Below, one piece after another: positions 52,901 through 61,766 of a stretch of DNA of 64,000 nt. Positions within the stretch are counted from its first letter, which is position 1. Every line of letters starts with the position of its first letter. The DNA is taken from assembly GCA_965660855.1 (NCBI GenBank), contig CBFIBM010000007.1, forward strand, positions 28,569 to 92,568, given 5' to 3'. Source of the DNA: an uncultured bacterium (lineage in GTDB: Bacteria; Fidelibacterota; Marinisomatia; Marinisomatales; UBA1611). Position numbers and translations under genes: made by a program. Under the pieces are notes generated by a model, which saw only the letters and a list, made by a program, of their open reading frames with translations, had not been told where the DNA came from and did no database searches.

Positions 52901-53476
52901 TCTTGGAGTTATGATGGAGAATTTAATATTGATAATGATCGTATTCTTGTTGGGCAAATAGATTCATTGAATAACTGGAAAGGCACCTCATTCATTATAG
53001 ATTTTTTAAATACAGACTCAACATTTTTTCCACCTGCTGGTTCAAGATACTCAATTAATTGGGACAGGAACTTTTGGAAAACAGATACTTTTAGATTTAA
53101 AGTAGATGAAATTCAACCAATTTCTAATAATAACCTTAAAAATGATATGGAAAATATAAGGGTGGTTCCAAACCCTTATGTAGGTACAAATGCAATGGAA
53201 GAAGCAGTTATTAATCCATTTTTAAATCAACCAAGACGCATTATGTTTACAAATATTCCATCAAGTTCAATTATAACTATTTTTACATCTAGTGGTGTTA
53301 AAATTAAAACTATCACAAATAATAATATTGATGGTGGAATTGTACATTGGGATTTACTCAATGAGGAGGGTTTAGAAATAGCTGCAGGAATGTACTTGTA
53401 CCATGTAAAGTCAAATTTTATTGATAATTCTCTGAATCAAAACGAACACGTTGGAAAATTTGCTGTTATAAAATGA
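49988..53476 (+). CDS. Large secreted acidic protein with Ca-binding loops, FN3-like domain and VPNPY-type C-terminal sorting-like domain
   Basis: Signal peptide; DGIDNDDDGIIDE, DEDGDG; PP.TP.LTA..GDG.V.LTW...DFEGYKLFRS...V.NG.TYYYAIVAYD; VVPNPY...WDL.N.EG.EIAAGMY.YHV...GKFAVIK. Confidence 0.75.
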   Translation: MKILYLIIFSFLSLLYSQGVDYAGPDDPAGDIEAEREGYMNGNRVYLYYKNTTQLSDWPKSNVSKWPNNPDGTKMLDGIGLLVGARVYIQDDLDNSTVDTIPITNLSLLPNYDHHILHYLQTSYREEMDVDPTGTINWGFYPIFGYFNENGEYPAISRLPDSWPSAGWPSSNGNIWAGEWNGRFGRGVTYADLETYFVVNDAHDLEYLGEDDLVKYYPRYSTKKIGEDISIQSGQPWGGLGIRVETRGFQWNNPQARDAIFWEYNISNTSEYDLPEVCFGYWVDNAIGGDGADDEVGFFNDLLDMSYSWDENGIGISGLLPGIMGFAYLESPGLAYDGIDNDDDGIIDEKRDNQAVNFVGPTDGIDDLEKFLNFYKITESELKPHWDADEDQDWEDGDDEDGDGVYSTFENPGNDVGLDGVGPLEINYTGPDEGEGNHRPDYVESVGCEPNFAVTDVTESDMIGLTSFQLFPIFDQHPAPPGSPWFRNDDVMWDLVSMDSLTEYYGTVANLVELFASGPFPLYQGKTERISMAEIHSYDPLEGLNSTEHLAPALFQLKSIVQIIYEKDYRFAQPPKTPTLTASPGDGYVMLTWDDDADKLTRDPFLGNVNDFEGYKLFRSTDKYFSDAEVITDGYGTPMFLKPIYQCDLVDDYSGFTDYGLVNGAAYNLGDNTGIKHYFKDENVDNGRTYYYAIVAYDYGAPDIGPGISPSENTTVIDIDEYDNIRGIGKNIAIVTPRVNAAGYEEPDILLDSLNNHIIGTGEIDLDIVSREQLAPGSEYLVTFNFDTVKNELERPKFYSNSGFNVYNKTEDKNIYEESPLYDVTGQPNFSGSNLIYDEDDNSWSMNTTVKSDVFEGLQLTINQTNVIPTLDSSSTGWISDETGDMNVTMTTRESKLIPWDCEIVFTNEISYTSQAVSPFGVYDEFDTRLWFPNRIILGSSFNFYVVNKTILDEEGNYTLMDMVVQDYSGPSWSYDGEFNIDNDRILVGQIDSLNNWKGTSFIIDFLNTDSTFFPPAGSRYSINWDRNFWKTDTFRFKVDEIQPISNNNLKNDMENIRVVPNPYVGTNAMEEAVINPFLNQPRRIMFTNIPSSSIITIFTSSGVKIKTITNNNIDGGIVHWDLLNEEGLEIAAGMYLYHVKSNFIDNSLNQNEHVGKFAVIK

Positions 53477-54549
53477 GAAATATCTTAATCTATATATTTT
53501 CAATTTTATGTCTTATCCAAGGACAATATAGATATGGTACCACAGCTGCTAATTTTTTAGAAATCGGAATAAGTAGTGACGCTGTTGCTATGGGGGAAGC
53601 ATATGTATCTCTTGCTGATGATGCAGTGTCCGCATATTGGAACCCAGCAGGTTTAGCAAAAGTAAAAGGATTAGAAATAGGAATGTCAAAGCAAGATTGG
53701 GTAGCTGGGATCAGCCATTCATCATTTGCAGCTGCATTTAATCTGGGAAGATTTGGTACTTTAAGTGCTTGGTTTACTGATTTTGATTATGGTTCAATAG
53801 AAGTAACAAATATTGAAAAACAAAATGGAACAGGTGAATATTATAGTGCTAATGATCTATCTGCTTCTTTAGCGTATGGTAGAAATTTAGTAGATTGGTT
53901 TTCATTTGGCGCATCTTTAAAAATGATAAATTCAAATATTTGGCATTCATCAGCAAAGGCATATGCTTTAGATTTAGGTGTTATCGTTGAGACTAAATTT
54001 TTCTCAGTAACAGGAATGAGAAAAGACGCCATGAAGATAGGAATGAGTATTTCTAATTATGGTTCAAAATTAAGATATGATGGTATAGACTTGATTAATC
54101 CAATAGATATCTTAGAAAATGAAAATGGGAACTACGAAAATGTAATAGGCCAGTTTAGAACTGAGTCGTGGGAACTTCCATTAATCTTTAGATTAGGGAC
54201 ATCAGTAAAGCCAATTGTGAATGAAATCCATTCACTTATTGTTTCGTTTGATGTACTTCATCCAAATAATAATAGTGAGTCATTGAACCTTGGGACAGAG
54301 TATTCAATGAAAATTATAGGTGGTAATAAGTTCTTTTTGAGAGCTGGTATTAAAAGCATTGGTATTGCCCAGTCAAATGATACACGTGAAATCTTTGGTA
54401 CAGAAATTCCATTTTCCTCAATTACCTATGGTTTAGGATATGAAAGAAATATTATAAATAATAAGAGTTTAGGTATTGATTATTCTTATCAGTCTATAGG
54501 TCTTTTAGGCGATGTTTCTCTTCTTACTTTTAGATTTCAACTTTTTTAA
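53473..54549 (+). CDS. PorV/PorQ-like (UPF0164, FadL-type) outer-membrane beta-barrel
   Basis: GTTAANFLEIG.....AMGEAY.SLADD....YWNPAGLA, A.D.G, LP..FR.G, terminal Phe. Start overlaps the upstream stop (ATGA). Confidence 0.85.
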   Translation: MRNILIYIFSILCLIQGQYRYGTTAANFLEIGISSDAVAMGEAYVSLADDAVSAYWNPAGLAKVKGLEIGMSKQDWVAGISHSSFAAAFNLGRFGTLSAWFTDFDYGSIEVTNIEKQNGTGEYYSANDLSASLAYGRNLVDWFSFGASLKMINSNIWHSSAKAYALDLGVIVETKFFSVTGMRKDAMKIGMSISNYGSKLRYDGIDLINPIDILENENGNYENVIGQFRTESWELPLIFRLGTSVKPIVNEIHSLIVSFDVLHPNNNSESLNLGTEYSMKIIGGNKFFLRAGIKSIGIAQSNDTREIFGTEIPFSSITYGLGYERNIINNKSLGIDYSYQSIGLLGDVSLLTFRFQLF

Positions 54550-54561
54550 TATATAAACAAT

Positions 54562-56022
54562 ATGAACAAGGTTAATTGTTCTTTATTCATATTTTTTTTT
54601 CTACTTCTCTCCGGTTGTGAAAACAAAAAAGAAATTCGAATTGTTCAAGATAAAAACCTCTTAGTTAAGGTAGCTCATAAATCAATTATGGTTAATGATT
54701 TTATTAAAAGATGTGAATATGTTCCAAGACCACCGTATTGCAGGGGTGATAATTATATTCATAAAAAAATAGCATTAAATTCTTTAATTGCAGAAAAATT
54801 TTTAGCTCTGGAGTTTGAAAAAAAAGATTTAAAATTAAATGATACACATAAATCATTAATTGAAGGGCAGCAGGAGCAGGTTATGCGACAACTGATGCTT
54901 AAGTCTTTCGGTTATGATTCAGTGAAATTAGATAACGAAATTATAAAAAACTTAGTAGAATTAGATAAGCGAACATATGATATTAAATTTGTTGTTCTGA
55001 ATAAGAATTATGATGATATAATTGATAAATTTTCACAAGAAACTAGCCTCAGATCTTTAGTTCAAAAAGTCGGCATAAGTAGAGATATTCAAGGTAGAAA
55101 AGTTTCAAAAAATGAAACAATGCTTGATGAAGTAAAACAAATTCTTTTCAATGGGGAACCGATGAAAAATATTGTTTATGGTCCTTTTGAGGTAAATGGG
55201 GATCAAATTTTATATTTTGAAATTGACACGTGGATTAACTCTGTTGATGTTACAGAAAAAGAAAAAATAGAAAGATGGAAAACTATCCAAAAAGAATATG
55301 AAGAAGTTGAAGCACTAAACTACTACAGTAAATATGTTAAGAGGTTAATGAGAGGAAAAAAAATTGATTATAACCCAAATGTTTTTCAATTTTTTTCTGA
55401 TAAACTCAGAGAAATATATTTAATTGAAAAAGAAAAAAAAGAAACAGTCATTAATAAAAAAATATGGAATATTGATGAAAATATAGAGTTCACTTCTTTT
55501 GATGAAATTAAAAATATGGGTAATAGAATTATCTTTTCACATGATACCAAGGATTATAAAATAAAAGATTTGTTAAATATGATTAAAAAACATCCCTTGG
55601 TTTTTAGAAATAAAAAAACAAATAAAGATTTATTTTCAAATGAACTCAAATATGCTATTGCAGATTTAATAAGAGACTACCATATAACAAAAAAAGCTTA
55701 TGAATTGAATTTTCATAAAAAAATCAATATTACAAATGTTAAAGATAAATGGGAAGATCATATAAAATCTACTCTCTATAAAACAAAATTTTATGATTCT
55801 GAATCTTTTAACACTTTATCATCAAAAATTGATTCACTCCAATTGATTTATTCTGATATGGTAAAAATAGATACTGATAAATTTGAAAAAATAAAGTTAT
55901 CTTCAATAGATATGAATGTAAACTACTCTAATCAAGCATATTCAAAAATTGAACCGGGTTTTCCAATTTTAACGGATGATCACTTATTAGATTATGGTAA
56001 AAAAGTAACTTTTAATGATTAA
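54562..56022 (+). CDS. Hypothetical lipoprotein, SurA/PrsA-like chaperone (weak)
   Basis: LLLSGC lipobox; KVA...I.V.DF..R and ALNSLIAEKFLALE resemble SurA-type N-domain helices. Confidence 0.5.
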   Translation: MNKVNCSLFIFFFLLLSGCENKKEIRIVQDKNLLVKVAHKSIMVNDFIKRCEYVPRPPYCRGDNYIHKKIALNSLIAEKFLALEFEKKDLKLNDTHKSLIEGQQEQVMRQLMLKSFGYDSVKLDNEIIKNLVELDKRTYDIKFVVLNKNYDDIIDKFSQETSLRSLVQKVGISRDIQGRKVSKNETMLDEVKQILFNGEPMKNIVYGPFEVNGDQILYFEIDTWINSVDVTEKEKIERWKTIQKEYEEVEALNYYSKYVKRLMRGKKIDYNPNVFQFFSDKLREIYLIEKEKKETVINKKIWNIDENIEFTSFDEIKNMGNRIIFSHDTKDYKIKDLLNMIKKHPLVFRNKKTNKDLFSNELKYAIADLIRDYHITKKAYELNFHKKINITNVKDKWEDHIKSTLYKTKFYDSESFNTLSSKIDSLQLIYSDMVKIDTDKFEKIKLSSIDMNVNYSNQAYSKIEPGFPILTDDHLLDYGKKVTFND

Positions 56023-56983
56023 AATTATTCTTTACTTTTATTTTTTATTTCTTATTAGTTGTCATGATTCAACTGGAAATAATAAAGCAGAAGACATTTA
56101 TGGATGCATGGACTCTGATGCATCAAATTATAATATTAATGCAACAGCATCAAATGATAGTTGTATTTATACAGGTTGTACAGATTCTGAAGCTACAAAT
56201 TATAATCCATTTGCAACAATAGATGATGGTAATTGTTTATCCGAGGATCAAATACCTGATGGATTCAATTACTATTGGAACGATGAGTTTAATAGCGATA
56301 CTCTTAATGGAAAATTTTGGAATATTGAAAATTGGTGGTCTGGCGCATATAATAATGAATTACAATCCTACACAAGTGATGAAAGTAATATAACCCTTCA
56401 AAACGGATATTTATATATCCGAGCACAAAAAGAAATTCCTTTCAATCCAAACCAACCAGGATATACATCAGGGCGAATAAATACAAAAAATAAAGTTGAA
56501 CTAAAATACGGATATTGGGAGATTAGAGCAAAACTCCCATCTGGTAATGGAACATGGCCAGCAATATGGATGTTAAATTCCATTATTGATTCAATACCTT
56601 GGCCCTATTCTGGAGAAATAGATATTATGGAACATGTGGGATATGATCCTAGCAGAGTTTATTTTAGTATGCATAATGAAAATTTATACGGGAATGTTCA
56701 TGGAACGGACCAACAAGGTGTTTATTACCTTGAGAACATAGAAAATGATTTTCATATATATTCTATTGAATGGGACGAGTTCATGATAAAAGGTTATGTA
56801 GATGGTATTCAAATTTTTGACAAATCTAGAGAAAGCAGCTATAGTGATTGGCCATATGACAGTCCATTTTTCCTTATTTTAAATTTAGCAATAGGAGGAG
56901 ACTGGGGTGGAGTTCAAGGCGTTGATAATTCTATATTTCCTTCTTCATTTATAATTGATTATGCTAGAATGTATAGAAAATAA
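56015..56983 (+). CDS. GH16 endo-beta-1,3-glucanase (laminarinase-type) lipoprotein
   Basis: FLISC lipobox, two GCxD repeats, W.DEF, YTSGR, WPAIWML, GEIDIMEHVG (ExDxxE), LNLAIGG.WGG. Confidence 0.92.
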   Translation: MIKIILYFYFLFLISCHDSTGNNKAEDIYGCMDSDASNYNINATASNDSCIYTGCTDSEATNYNPFATIDDGNCLSEDQIPDGFNYYWNDEFNSDTLNGKFWNIENWWSGAYNNELQSYTSDESNITLQNGYLYIRAQKEIPFNPNQPGYTSGRINTKNKVELKYGYWEIRAKLPSGNGTWPAIWMLNSIIDSIPWPYSGEIDIMEHVGYDPSRVYFSMHNENLYGNVHGTDQQGVYYLENIENDFHIYSIEWDEFMIKGYVDGIQIFDKSRESSYSDWPYDSPFFLILNLAIGGDWGGVQGVDNSIFPSSFIIDYARMYRK

Positions 56984-56996
56984 TAATTAAAAAAAT

Positions 56997-58067
56997 ATGG
57001 GGAAAAAATACTATTTATTAATCAGCTTATTTATCCTTTCTCTTTGTTTTTCTCAAAGACCCTATAGAGGCGCTGAATATAGAACTATAGATACTTTTCT
57101 ATATGGGCGTTTTGAAATAAGGATGAAGTCAGCTTATGGATCAGGGACTGTCTCATCCTTCTTCTCAATTAATGACTATTGGTCTGAGGGTCTAAGCGGT
57201 ACGGAGAACTGGCAAGAAATTGATTTTGAAGCTTTAGGGCAATACACAAACCAATTTCAAACTAATGTAATTACAGCGTATGAAACAAGCCATGAACAGC
57301 TTCATACTCTACAATATAATCCTCATGTTAGTTTTCAAACATATGCTTTTGAATGGACACCAGATCATATAGATTTTTTCATTAATGATCAATTAATAAG
57401 GAGGGATGCAAATTCTTATGTAGAGTCATTTAATGATGGCCAAAAAATAATGATGAACATCTGGCAGCCTATATGGGAGGATTGGGTAGGAGGATTTGAT
57501 CCTTCTATTTTACCTATTTATGCCTTTTATGATTGGGTTCGTTATTCTTCATTTACACCAGGAACAGGGAATACAGGTACAGATAATAACTTTTCTTTTC
57601 AATGGGTAGATAACTTCGATTATTTTAATCAGGAGCGGTGGCAAAAAGCAACTCATACTTGGAATGGTAATAATTCACAATTTGTACAGCAAAATGCAGT
57701 ATTACAGGACGGATATCTCATTTTATGTTTAACAGATAATATGTCATACGGATATTCAGGAGAACCTTTGAGTATTAATATAGATGAGAAAAAGGAAAAG
57801 AGCTTTGGAGATTTATATATTTATCCTAACCCTTTTAACTCAACATTTAAAATTGAGTTACTTTCAAATATTAAAAGTGATGATCTTATTCAAATAAGGC
57901 TTATAAATATTAAAGGTGAGGTTGTCTTATCATTGGGAGAGGAATATTTTAAAAATAATGTTTACACTTTTTCCGTTGATAAACTTAATTTGTCAAGTGG
58001 GTTATACTTTGGGAATATTAAAACAAACAAAAAAAACTATAGTTTTAAAATAACATATATTCAGTGA
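56997..58067 (+). CDS. GH16 lichenase-type beta-glucanase, circularly permuted, with C-terminal sorting domain
   Basis: GAEYRT...YGRFE.RMK, WQEIDFE (ExDxE), YAFEWTP, MMNIW; YPNPFN...KITYIQ. Confidence 0.88.
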   Translation: MGKKYYLLISLFILSLCFSQRPYRGAEYRTIDTFLYGRFEIRMKSAYGSGTVSSFFSINDYWSEGLSGTENWQEIDFEALGQYTNQFQTNVITAYETSHEQLHTLQYNPHVSFQTYAFEWTPDHIDFFINDQLIRRDANSYVESFNDGQKIMMNIWQPIWEDWVGGFDPSILPIYAFYDWVRYSSFTPGTGNTGTDNNFSFQWVDNFDYFNQERWQKATHTWNGNNSQFVQQNAVLQDGYLILCLTDNMSYGYSGEPLSINIDEKKEKSFGDLYIYPNPFNSTFKIELLSNIKSDDLIQIRLINIKGEVVLSLGEEYFKNNVYTFSVDKLNLSSGLYFGNIKTNKKNYSFKITYIQ

Positions 58068-60053
58068 TTACTTTAGGTAGGTAATTTTTTTAATATTACT
58101 TGAGTTAATTGTTTTTACTTCTATTAAGTAAACACCTGATGGAATTAGATTATAATTATTAGACTCTAAATACCAATCTAATGAATTCGCTCCTTTTAAA
58201 GAAATTATTTTTTTTTCTAACATTAGTTTTCCAAGAACATTATATATTTTTATTTCTGTATCTAATGCAAATTCACTCATCCATTCAATTGTAAGAGTTG
58301 AATTTGTAGGGTTGGGATAACAATTCAAATTAAGGTTCATCGGGATTGACGAAACATCTAAATCTGAGAAAATAAGATTTTTTAAATTAAAGCCACCAAC
58401 ATTAGCCTTTATTTTTAAAACAATTTCATCTTGAACCGTAATATTCCCTATTTTTACGATTCTCCAGCCACTACTCCAACCATTCGTATTTGGTAAATTT
58501 ATAGGGCCTGAAATTAAAGAATCATTAACTTCAACTGATAATTTTGTACCATTTGAATAGGATGCTACCTCAGCTAATAATTCAAAATTTCCAGGCTTTA
58601 ATGGATTTATAGTGTAGTTCATCCATTCATTATCATCAATCCAACCAACAAAATAATCTTTTTTATTATTTGTATAAGTAATACCAATATCCACTCCATC
58701 GTTTCTATAGGACCATCCGTTATTCCATGACTTTGTCTCAGGAGAAAATTTACTTGGGTCTTCTACTTGATTGTCATAATAAGAAACATTGTTATTACCT
58801 GTATCATAATTGACTGCAGGTAATAATCCAGGCGGGCTAAAATTAGTGTAAGGGGACTTTTTAGAATTAAATGTTGTATCGATTAATGCTCTTATTAAAC
58901 CTTGATTTATTTGACACGAGTCAATATGAATACTCTTTGCCATTGTAATTAAACCATTAAAAGCTGTTGACGAATCGGGTTTGGAACCTGAGCCACTCCA
59001 ATAGTCAATAATTTTTTGATAATCTTCATTTATCTGATAGGATAATAAACTAGATATTCTTTCGATACTTTTATAATTCCACCAACTCCAACCAATATTA
59101 TTATTTTCAAATAGGTTAATTTTATTATAGGCCCATGAATTAGAGTTTTCACCAAACTCCCCTATCCATAATGGGACATCGTATTGATGACTTAGATTGG
59201 TAGTATATTGATGAATCCAATTTGTATCAGCGCTACTTCCAATATAATGATGAAAGCTATAAACCATTTCATCATCAAAAGGAGGTAGTAAGCCTGTATG
59301 ATCATTTCCATACCAATTACCCTCTATTATGACGATGTGATTAGGGTCAACGGTTCTGATAGAGTCAATAGATCGAACATAAATGTTTTTTAGTAATTCA
59401 GGACCGTAACCCCAAGGGATTACAGGCTCATTTAATAAATCATATGCTCCAATTATAGGCTCATTAGCATAATACTCTGCAATATACCTCCAGGTCGAAG
59501 CCAACCATACTTGGTTTTCATATTCTGTAAATAGCTTTGCGGTTTCTCCATCGGAATCTGAAAAATCATTTGTGTTTTGTGCGCCAGGAGCTGCATGCAT
59601 ATCTAATATGAGATAGATATTATTTTCTTTGCAAGCCTTTACTATGGGATCTAGTAATTCAAAACCTTCATTTGTGAAGACATTGGGTGAAGGAGAAAAA
59701 TGTTTATAATGTAAAGGAACTCTTAACGCATTAAACCCTTGTTCCGACAAAAAAATAATATCTTTCTCTGTTATATAATTTTGTCGATATAATTCAAAAA
59801 ATTGATTTTTGTTATCTTCTCCAACTAGTTCAGTTATTGCATTTTCTAAATTAGTTGTCGATGCATGATTAATAAAAGCGTTCCACATATAACCTTCAAG
59901 GACTGTCCAGCCCCCGAGCCCAAAACCCTTTAAAATTACTTTTTCATTATTTTCATTTACAATAATTCGATTGTTGGTTTTAAGGAATCCTGAAGAATAT
60001 ATATTATTGATAATTGAGAAAAAAAATAGGAGTTTGAATAGGTTTTTTTTCAA
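58068..60053 (-). CDS. GH5 glycoside hydrolase with CBM6-like module and C-terminal sorting domain
   Basis: G.GLGGW...EGYM, LDMHAAPG.Q, YDLLNEP (acid/base), SFHHY, LWIGEFGEN (nucleophile), GWSWW; YRNDGVDI...VGWI...EW..YT (CBM6-like); YPNP...KITYLK. Confidence 0.9.
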   Translation of the reverse strand: MKKNLFKLLFFFSIINNIYSSGFLKTNNRIIVNENNEKVILKGFGLGGWTVLEGYMWNAFINHASTTNLENAITELVGEDNKNQFFELYRQNYITEKDIIFLSEQGFNALRVPLHYKHFSPSPNVFTNEGFELLDPIVKACKENNIYLILDMHAAPGAQNTNDFSDSDGETAKLFTEYENQVWLASTWRYIAEYYANEPIIGAYDLLNEPVIPWGYGPELLKNIYVRSIDSIRTVDPNHIVIIEGNWYGNDHTGLLPPFDDEMVYSFHHYIGSSADTNWIHQYTTNLSHQYDVPLWIGEFGENSNSWAYNKINLFENNNIGWSWWNYKSIERISSLLSYQINEDYQKIIDYWSGSGSKPDSSTAFNGLITMAKSIHIDSCQINQGLIRALIDTTFNSKKSPYTNFSPPGLLPAVNYDTGNNNVSYYDNQVEDPSKFSPETKSWNNGWSYRNDGVDIGITYTNNKKDYFVGWIDDNEWMNYTINPLKPGNFELLAEVASYSNGTKLSVEVNDSLISGPINLPNTNGWSSGWRIVKIGNITVQDEIVLKIKANVGGFNLKNLIFSDLDVSSIPMNLNLNCYPNPTNSTLTIEWMSEFALDTEIKIYNVLGKLMLEKKIISLKGANSLDWYLESNNYNLIPSGVYLIEVKTINSSNIKKITYLK

Positions 60054-60130
60054 AATTATATTTAGACAGTTTATTATTAAATAAATAGCTTATAATTTAA
60101 TGAAAGGTTCAAGACCATTAAAATAGTAAA

Positions 60131-60682
60131 ATGATTTCCTTCCCAATATATTATATTATATTAAAAATTGTAAAAATATCCATTTGTTTATGGATTGCTA
60201 CAATTGTTGGTGGTAACGATAAGATCATCGAAAGGATAGTTCCATTTCCGGAAGAAAGTTGGAATGAATTTAAAGTTAGAGTAAACAATAATTTGCAGAA
60301 TGGCTCTATTACCATCCCTCAATTAGAACATCTATTAAATGGATATAGACCTCGATATAATGTCAGAGACTTTCGACATGAAGAGCACGATAGTATAATG
60401 GAAGTTAATTTTAGCAAGTATAGCAATAAAAGCTTAGGGTACATAAAAAACAATCTTTTTGATGCGGGCATAGAGGTTGAAAAATTAAATGCTGTCCTTG
60501 GAGGATTACTAAGACTTATTCATTTTTCTAAAATAGAGGGATCTAATTTTAAAATTAATCAGAAAATGAATTCTTATTTTAGAAAGCGTTTAAAATTAAA
60601 CAAAAAGCAGGTTAATTATTTAGTTTATATGGCACAAGAATACAAGATCGTTAAATTTGAAAAGCTTGATAAAAAAAACTGA
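60131..60682 (+). CDS. Hypothetical protein
   Basis: 183-aa ORF with hydrophobic N-terminus; fills the gap before the HAD gene. Confidence 0.5.
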   Translation: MISFPIYYIILKIVKISICLWIATIVGGNDKIIERIVPFPEESWNEFKVRVNNNLQNGSITIPQLEHLLNGYRPRYNVRDFRHEEHDSIMEVNFSKYSNKSLGYIKNNLFDAGIEVEKLNAVLGGLLRLIHFSKIEGSNFKINQKMNSYFRKRLKLNKKQVNYLVYMAQEYKIVKFEKLDKKN

Positions 60683-61325
60683 AAAAATTAATCTAATAAT
60701 TTTTGACTTAGATGGTACACTAATTGATAGCACTACAGAAATTGCATATATAGTTAATTGTACTTTGAAAAAAAATGGTTATTCAGAAAGATCCCAAAAG
60801 TTTTATACTGAAAATATTGGTAGTGGGATATCGGATTTACTAAAGAAAAGTTTACCAAAGAAATATGATGAAGATTTTATGTCTTTATTATCAGAAACAA
60901 AATTTTTTTATTCAACTTACCTTAATAAAAAATCACAAGTTTTTACTGGAGTTTACAGAATATTAAATTTATTGAAGGCTAAAAATATTTGTATTGGTAT
61001 AGTTACAAATAAGTTGCATGAATTGGCTTTGAGGTGTGTTAATTATTATTTTAGCGAATATGATATTGTTACAATAGGAGCAGAGCATATTTTTAAGAGA
61101 AAACCTGATCCCAGTTCAGCTGTAGAGATAATGAAACTATATAATATTCAACCAAAAGAATCAATTTTCGTAGGAGATTCAATAATAGATATTCAAACTG
61201 CTAAAAATGCAAACATGATTTCTGGTGGTGTCTTGTGGGGAAATGGAACACCAAAGGAGTTAGAGTCTGCTGATGAAATCTTCAAAAACCCTAACGAACT
61301 TCTAAATTATTTTTTAGAAATGTAA
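60657..61325 (+). CDS. HAD hydrolase, phosphoglycolate-phosphatase-like
   Basis: IFDLDGTLIDS, VTNK, KPDP, FVGDS..DI.TA.NA, V.WG. Confidence 0.9.
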   Translation: MKSLIKKTEKINLIIFDLDGTLIDSTTEIAYIVNCTLKKNGYSERSQKFYTENIGSGISDLLKKSLPKKYDEDFMSLLSETKFFYSTYLNKKSQVFTGVYRILNLLKAKNICIGIVTNKLHELALRCVNYYFSEYDIVTIGAEHIFKRKPDPSSAVEIMKLYNIQPKESIFVGDSIIDIQTAKNANMISGGVLWGNGTPKELESADEIFKNPNELLNYFLEM

Positions 61326-61489
61326 TTCAGAATATTTTTTAATTCCTGTTTTTCCCAACTTTCTAAACTATCCAAAACTTCTTTTCTAATCACTTTCGAC
61401 TCTTTAGCATGTTTTTTTTCAAAAGGACACATGATACATCCATTACCACAACATTTACCTTGCTTTATTAGTAAGACCCTTGAAAGCAT
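61307..61489 (-). CDS. Small Cys-rich protein (DUF5522-like)
   Basis: MLSRVLLIKQGKCCGNGCIMCPF. Start moved to ATG 61489 because the longer ORF runs into the tRNA sequence. Confidence 0.7.
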   Translation of the reverse strand: MLSRVLLIKQGKCCGNGCIMCPFEKKHAKESKVIRKEVLDSLESWEKQELKNILNYISKK

Positions 61490-61522
61490 TATTAAATTTA
61501 TATATTTTATATCTATGAAAAG

Positions 61523-61595
<73 letters not shown>

Positions 61596-61766
61596 ACATA
61601 TCCCTAACCTTAATTATTAATAAAGATAGAGATATTTCTAAAGATAGACAATATACTTACTGTGCACTTTTCGTGGGGTTTGACCAATGAAATCGGTGAA
61701 TTAAGAAAAGTAAATATTGTGTTTTTCATAGTATCTATATTGTATAAAAAAAATAGGTAAAATATT

